From: an uncultured bacterium
Lineage (GTDB): Bacteria; Chloroflexota; UBA5177; JANWHV01
Direction: 5' to 3'
Assembly: GCA_963827235.1 (NCBI GenBank)
Contig: CAWHAE010000002.1
Location: forward strand, 1-34,606
DNA length: 34,606 bases
Positions 29,985 through 34,606 of the stretch are shown here, in pieces. Under the pieces are notes generated by a model. It ran no database searches, was not told the DNA's origin, and saw only the letters and a list, made by a program, of their open reading frames with translations. The first letter of the stretch is position 1; each line of letters begins with the position of its first letter. The position numbers and the translations under genes are program-made.

Positions 29985-31079
29985 ATGAATCACCTGCGCG
30001 TCGGCATCATTGGCACGGGCCGGAAGAAGGCACGACCGGACGTCGAGGGTTACTTCATGGCCTATGCGCACGGGCGCGGCTACCAGGCGCTACCTGACCG
30101 CTGCGAACTGGTTGCCTGTGCAGACATCGTGCCCGAGCACGCCCAGGCATTCGCGGCGGCCTTTGGCATCGAAGCGGATGGCGTGTACACCGATCACCGC
30201 GCTATGCTGCGTCAGGCCAAGCTGGACATGGTGAGCATCTGCACGTGGCCGCATCTGCATGCAGTGATGGCCATGGACTGTGCGCGGGCTGGCGCGCGGG
30301 CGGTGCACTGCGAGAAGCCGATGGCGGCGACCTGGGGCGCGGCGCGACTGATGGCACAGGAGTGCGCGCGCCGCGACGCGCAGTTGACCTTCAACCATAT
30401 GCGGCGCTTCGGCAAGCCGTTCACCTTGGCACGCGACCTGCTTTGCGGGGGCGCGATTGGCGCCTTGGAGCGCATCGAGCTTGGATTCCCAGGCGACGTC
30501 TACGACATTGGCTCGCACTGGATCGACCTGTGCGGCATGTTTGTGGGCGAGCAGCCGGCAGCGTGGGTGATCGGGCAGGTCGACTACCGGTTCGAGCGTC
30601 GCGTCTTCGGCGTGCCCTCCGAGGGCCAGGCGCTGGCACACTGGCAGTACCCGAGCGGCATTACGGCCACGCTGCTGTCTGGCTTTGGTCACGGCACCAC
30701 GCGGTTCTGGCACCGGTTGGTGGGGACGGCCGGCACCATCGAGATCGGCGTGCCCGACGAGCACAGCCTGCGGATCCGGCGTGAAGGCGATGCCTGGGAG
30801 ACGCTCGATACGCAGGGCGAGACGGTGCACGGCACGAGCGATGCCAACGGCACCGGCTATCATGAGCGGGCGGTTGCCGATGCAGTCGGCGCGCTGCTCG
30901 CGGGCCGCGAGCCCGAGCTGAGCGCGCGCCGCGCGCTCAATGCTACCGAAATCGTTTTTGCGATCTACGAGAGCAGCCGGCGGCGTGGCCGCGTGGATCT
31001 GCCGCTGACCATCGAGGACCACCCGCTGGTGAGCATGCTCGAGAACCGCGATCTCAGCCCGGTGACGAACAGCGCGTGA
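29985..31079 (+). CDS. Gfo/Idh/MocA-family oxidoreductase
   Basis: RVGIIGTG, LDMVSICT, CEKPMA, DIGSHWID. Confidence 0.93.
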   Translation: MNHLRVGIIGTGRKKARPDVEGYFMAYAHGRGYQALPDRCELVACADIVPEHAQAFAAAFGIEADGVYTDHRAMLRQAKLDMVSICTWPHLHAVMAMDCARAGARAVHCEKPMAATWGAARLMAQECARRDAQLTFNHMRRFGKPFTLARDLLCGGAIGALERIELGFPGDVYDIGSHWIDLCGMFVGEQPAAWVIGQVDYRFERRVFGVPSEGQALAHWQYPSGITATLLSGFGHGTTRFWHRLVGTAGTIEIGVPDEHSLRIRREGDAWETLDTQGETVHGTSDANGTGYHERAVADAVGALLAGREPELSARRALNATEIVFAIYESSRRRGRVDLPLTIEDHPLVSMLENRDLSPVTNSA

Positions 31080-31101
31080 GCGCGCCGCGAGGCACAAAGA
31101 A

Positions 31102-33650
31102 TTGAGGGGAACGTCAGCGCAGATGTTTGACCAATGGAGGCTCAGCGATTTCGCTCCCGGAGAGGGAATGCAGGCCGGCGCGCATTCTGAATCGTTTGAC
31201 GATGCTGCCTGGATGCCCGTCGACGTACCCGGCGACGTGCATACCGCACTGGTAGCCGCCGGGCGACTGCCCGAGCCGTACTACGACCGGAACGAACTGG
31301 AGTGCGCGTGGGTGGAGGACCGCGAGTGGTGGTACCGACTACACTTCGATGGGCCGCTCGCTCCTCTCGACGCGGACGAGCGATTGCAGCTGGTGTTTCT
31401 CGGGCTGGACACCTTCGTCACCATCTGGCTGAACGGTGCGGAGCTGGGCAAACACCAGAACATGTTCCGCGAGGCCGTATTCGACGTTTCTGATACCGTG
31501 CGCATCGGCAGTCCGAACACGCTTGCGCTCTGCTTTGATCGCCCGCTCGATCATCTGGGCGCAGTCGCCAGTGCAATGCCCGAGGACTGGATGCCGCCAC
31601 GCGCAGCCATGCGGAAGGCGCAGTTTGGCTACGGTTGGGACTGGGGACCGCGTCTGCCGACCGTCGGCATTTGGCGAGGCGTGGAGTTGCGACGACAGAG
31701 GTCGGCAGTGCTCACAGGGGTGCGGTTTGCCACGCTCGTCGTCGACTCGGCCACGAAACACGCCCTGGTGTCGGTGACGGTCGAGGCGGAGCAGTTCGCC
31801 GGACGCGACCTCTGTACGGCGCACGTACGACTTCGCGCCCCGGGAAGTTCCTCCGCCTCCGCATCCGTGGTTGAACAGACTGTAGAGTTGCGCGGCGTAG
31901 GAGCGGACTTGCGGGGTACAACGTACATTCGCTTGGAGAGCCCAAGGTTGTGGTGGACGCACGACCTTGGTGAGCCGGCCCTCTATTCGCTGGAAGTCAG
32001 CTTGCAGCAACACGGCGATGAGCTGGATGCCACGACACGGAACGTGGGCATTCGCACTCTGGCCCTGGATGAGTCGCCGGACCAAGAAGAACCCGGCACG
32101 CGGTTCTTCCGTTTCGTGCTCAACGGCGTCCCGCTCTTCGCCCGCGGCACGGACTGGATTCCGGCAGACTCGTTTGTCGGCGCGATCGCGCCCGATCGGT
32201 ACACCAAGCTGCTCACGCTGGCCCGCGACGGCAACAACACCATGTTGCGGGTTTGGGGAGGCGGTATCTACGAGCCCGATGCCTTCTACGACGAGTGCGA
32301 CCGCCTGGGCTTGCTTGTATGGCAGGACTTCATGTTCGCGTGCGCGGCCTATCCGGAGGACGACGCCATGGCAGCGGAAGTCGACGCCGAGGCGCGCTAC
32401 CAGGTCCGCCGTCTGCGCAATCACGCCTGCATGGCGGTCTGGTGCGGGAACAACGAGAATCAGTGGATTTTCGGCAACATGCGCTGGCGAAATCCGGAAG
32501 CGCGGGTGCCCGGCTTCCGCTACTACCACGACATTCTGCCGCGCGCGGTCGCGGAGCTCGATGGTCAGACGCCCTACTGGCCGGGAAGCCCGTTTGGCGG
32601 CAGCGACTACAACAGCATGGAGGAAGGGGACCGGCATAACTGGGACGTCTGGCACGGAGGAAGGCCGCGGCGATTTGGCGAGGAGCCGATCGTCCGACCA
32701 TTCGCCGGAAGGTGTGAGCTACGTCAACTACGCCTGGGACACGGGCCGATTCATCAGCGAGTTCGGCATGCACGCGGCGCCTGTTTTCGAAACCCTTCGG
32801 CGCGCCGTGCCGGCAGACCAGCTCTTCCATCACAGCGCCTCGATGGATCACCACAATAAGGACAACCCGAAGGACAAGGGCGACCGCCTGATGGAGGCCA
32901 CCACCGGGTTGCCGCGCGACCTCGACGAGTACATCGACTTCAGCATGATGGCCCAGGCTGAGGGTCTCAAGTTCGGCGTCGAGCATTACCGTCGCCGGTT
33001 CCCGCACTGTTCCGGCACACTTGTCTGGCAGCTGAACGATTGTTGGCCGGTGCTCAGCTGGTCGGTGCTCGACTACTATGGGTTTGGCAAGGCCGGCTAC
33101 TACTATCTCAAACGCGCCTACGCGCCGGTGCTTGCGTCATTCAAGGTCCTCGAGGACGGGAGTGCCGAGCTGTGGATCACCAACAACGGCGCGAATGAAG
33201 TGGTGGGCGCGGCGTCGGTGCAGCTCGGGTCGTTCAGCGGCGACACGATGTGGCGCGAGGAAGTGCCGGTGTCTGTCCCGGCCGGGAGCAGCAATGTCGT
33301 CGGCAGCTGGAGCGCCGAGCGCGTGGGCGGCGCCGCGGATCGCTACATTGCCGTACGGTCGGTCGACATCGGCATTCCCCGACAATCGGGCATTCTTCCG
33401 CGCGCCAAAGGACCTCCAGCGTCCGGTGGGCCAGGTCGACGCGGCAGTGGCTGCCATCGACGCGCACACGCTGGAGGTGCGTCTGGCCGCGAAGAGCTAC
33501 GCGCACTTCGTGCACCTCGTCTTGCCGCTCGAGGACACGACGTACGGCGACAACTACTTCGATCTCCTGCCGGGCGAGGAACGGGTTATCGCGGTCAGAA
33601 ACTCGAAGAAGGCTATTAGTCCGGAGATGCTAACTGTTCGCTGGCGCTAG
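31102..33650 (+). CDS. GH2 beta-mannosidase (frameshifts near 32690 and 33366)
   Basis: VPGDVH, RKAQFGYGWDWGP, RVWGGG, WQDFMFAC, WCGNNE (acid/base), FISEFG (nucleophile), WQLNDCWP and DNYFDLLPGE across three frames. Confidence 0.92.
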
Positions 33651-33767
33651 GCGGTTGGGCGAAGGGGCCACCCTGCACGGCGTCGCGGGACGCAAGCCAA
33701 GCGCCCGGAGGGCAATCGAACTTCTCGGGCCGCCAAGTAGCGCAGCGGAAAGATTGTGAGGAGCGAC

Positions 33768-34538
33768 ATGACCAATGCTGAGCCCGGGATACCGGTTGCA
33801 CTACAGATGTATAGCGTGCGCGAGGAAGCAGCGCGCGATTTCGCAGGCACGTTGAAATCCGTGGCATCGATCGGCTACAGAGCGCTCGAGCTGTCCGGAT
33901 ATGGAGAGATGACGGCGTCCGAGCTGCGGAAGGTACTTGACGGGCTCGGCCTCTCGGCGCTCTCCAACCATGTTGGCCTCGCCATCCTGCGCTCATCATT
34001 GGACCGCACTATTGAGGACTGCTTGTCCCTGGGCTGCCGCTATCTGGTGTGCCCGTGGCTGCCGCCGGAGGAGCGCGGGGACGCGTCCGCTTACCGCCGG
34101 CTGGCGTCTGAGCTCACGAGCATGGGCCGGCGGTGCCAGGATCGCGGATTGCGCTTCGCCTACCACAACCATGATTTCGAGTTTGAGCGGCTCGACGGCC
34201 AGTATGCCCTCGACGTGCTGTTCGAGGCTGCCGATAACCGCATCGTGAAATCGGAGCTCGACGTGTATTGGGCGGCACATGCGGGCGTCGATCCGGCGGC
34301 GTGTCTCCGGCGGCTGGGCTCGCGCTGCGCGATCGTGCACCTGAAGGACATGGCCAGGGACGAGTCACGCACATTTGCCGAAGTGGGCGAGGGCCGTCTG
34401 GATTTCCCGTCCATCTTCGCTGCTGCCCAGGCGGCCGGCGTCGAGCTATACGTGGTGGAGCAGGACCGCTGCCAGCGTCCGGCGCTCGAGAGCATCGCAA
34501 TCAGCCTGAAGAACTTACACTCATGGGGAATCGGATGA
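33768..34538 (+). CDS. Sugar phosphate isomerase/epimerase (xylose-isomerase-like TIM barrel)
   Basis: LQMYSVR, YHNHDFEF, ELDVYW, HLKD, VGEG, VEQD. RBS GAGGAG. Confidence 0.92.
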   Translation: MTNAEPGIPVALQMYSVREEAARDFAGTLKSVASIGYRALELSGYGEMTASELRKVLDGLGLSALSNHVGLAILRSSLDRTIEDCLSLGCRYLVCPWLPPEERGDASAYRRLASELTSMGRRCQDRGLRFAYHNHDFEFERLDGQYALDVLFEAADNRIVKSELDVYWAAHAGVDPAACLRRLGSRCAIVHLKDMARDESRTFAEVGEGRLDFPSIFAAAQAAGVELYVVEQDRCQRPALESIAISLKNLHSWGIG

Positions 34539-34606
34539 GGAGAGTTCTCCTCGAGGACCGCCAAACCGACGCCGCAGGGGCGGCCGATGGGGAGAGTGCA
34601 GGATCA

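Noticed and set aside
271-34564. Many long antisense or overlapping ORFs (e.g. 3872..5026, 14457..15506, 23345..24493, 26077..27282, 31339..32655)
   Set aside because: These are shadow frames of real genes in high-GC DNA, Arg/Ala/Pro-rich and without family motifs.

Overview
High-GC bacterial window dominated by carbohydrate catabolism. The right half (16.1-34.5 kb) is a LacI-controlled glycoside-utilisation locus. Its minus-strand arm holds a Tat-exported sugar-binding protein, two ABC permeases, an aldo/keto reductase, GH116, an SDR, GH130, two VOC proteins and GH1. Its plus-strand arm holds LacI, a Gfo/Idh/MocA dehydrogenase, a GH2 beta-mannosidase and a TIM-barrel isomerase. The left half is a mosaic: TIM-barrel protein, Zn-dehydrogenase, GH3 with an in-frame amber stop, a small orphan ORF, a large secreted subtilase, a P450, a truncated MarR gene, an orphan permease pair, a BBE-like flavoprotein and an ABM-like protein. 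The most unusual signals are (i) a subtilisin-type scaffold carrying sedolisin-type Glu/Asp/Ser catalytic motifs, (ii) a non-canonical GTTCATGAAC palindrome at three predicted promoters, paired with a LacI that lacks the usual hinge motif, (iii) a long structured leader upstream of the binding protein, and (iv) hydrolase, phosphorylase and redox/eliminase-type genes in one locus. About 15 frameshifts, concentrated at 19.4-25.2 kb, probably reflect assembly error. No rRNA, tRNA, CRISPR or IS element was recognised. All calls come from reading motifs by eye; no searches were run.
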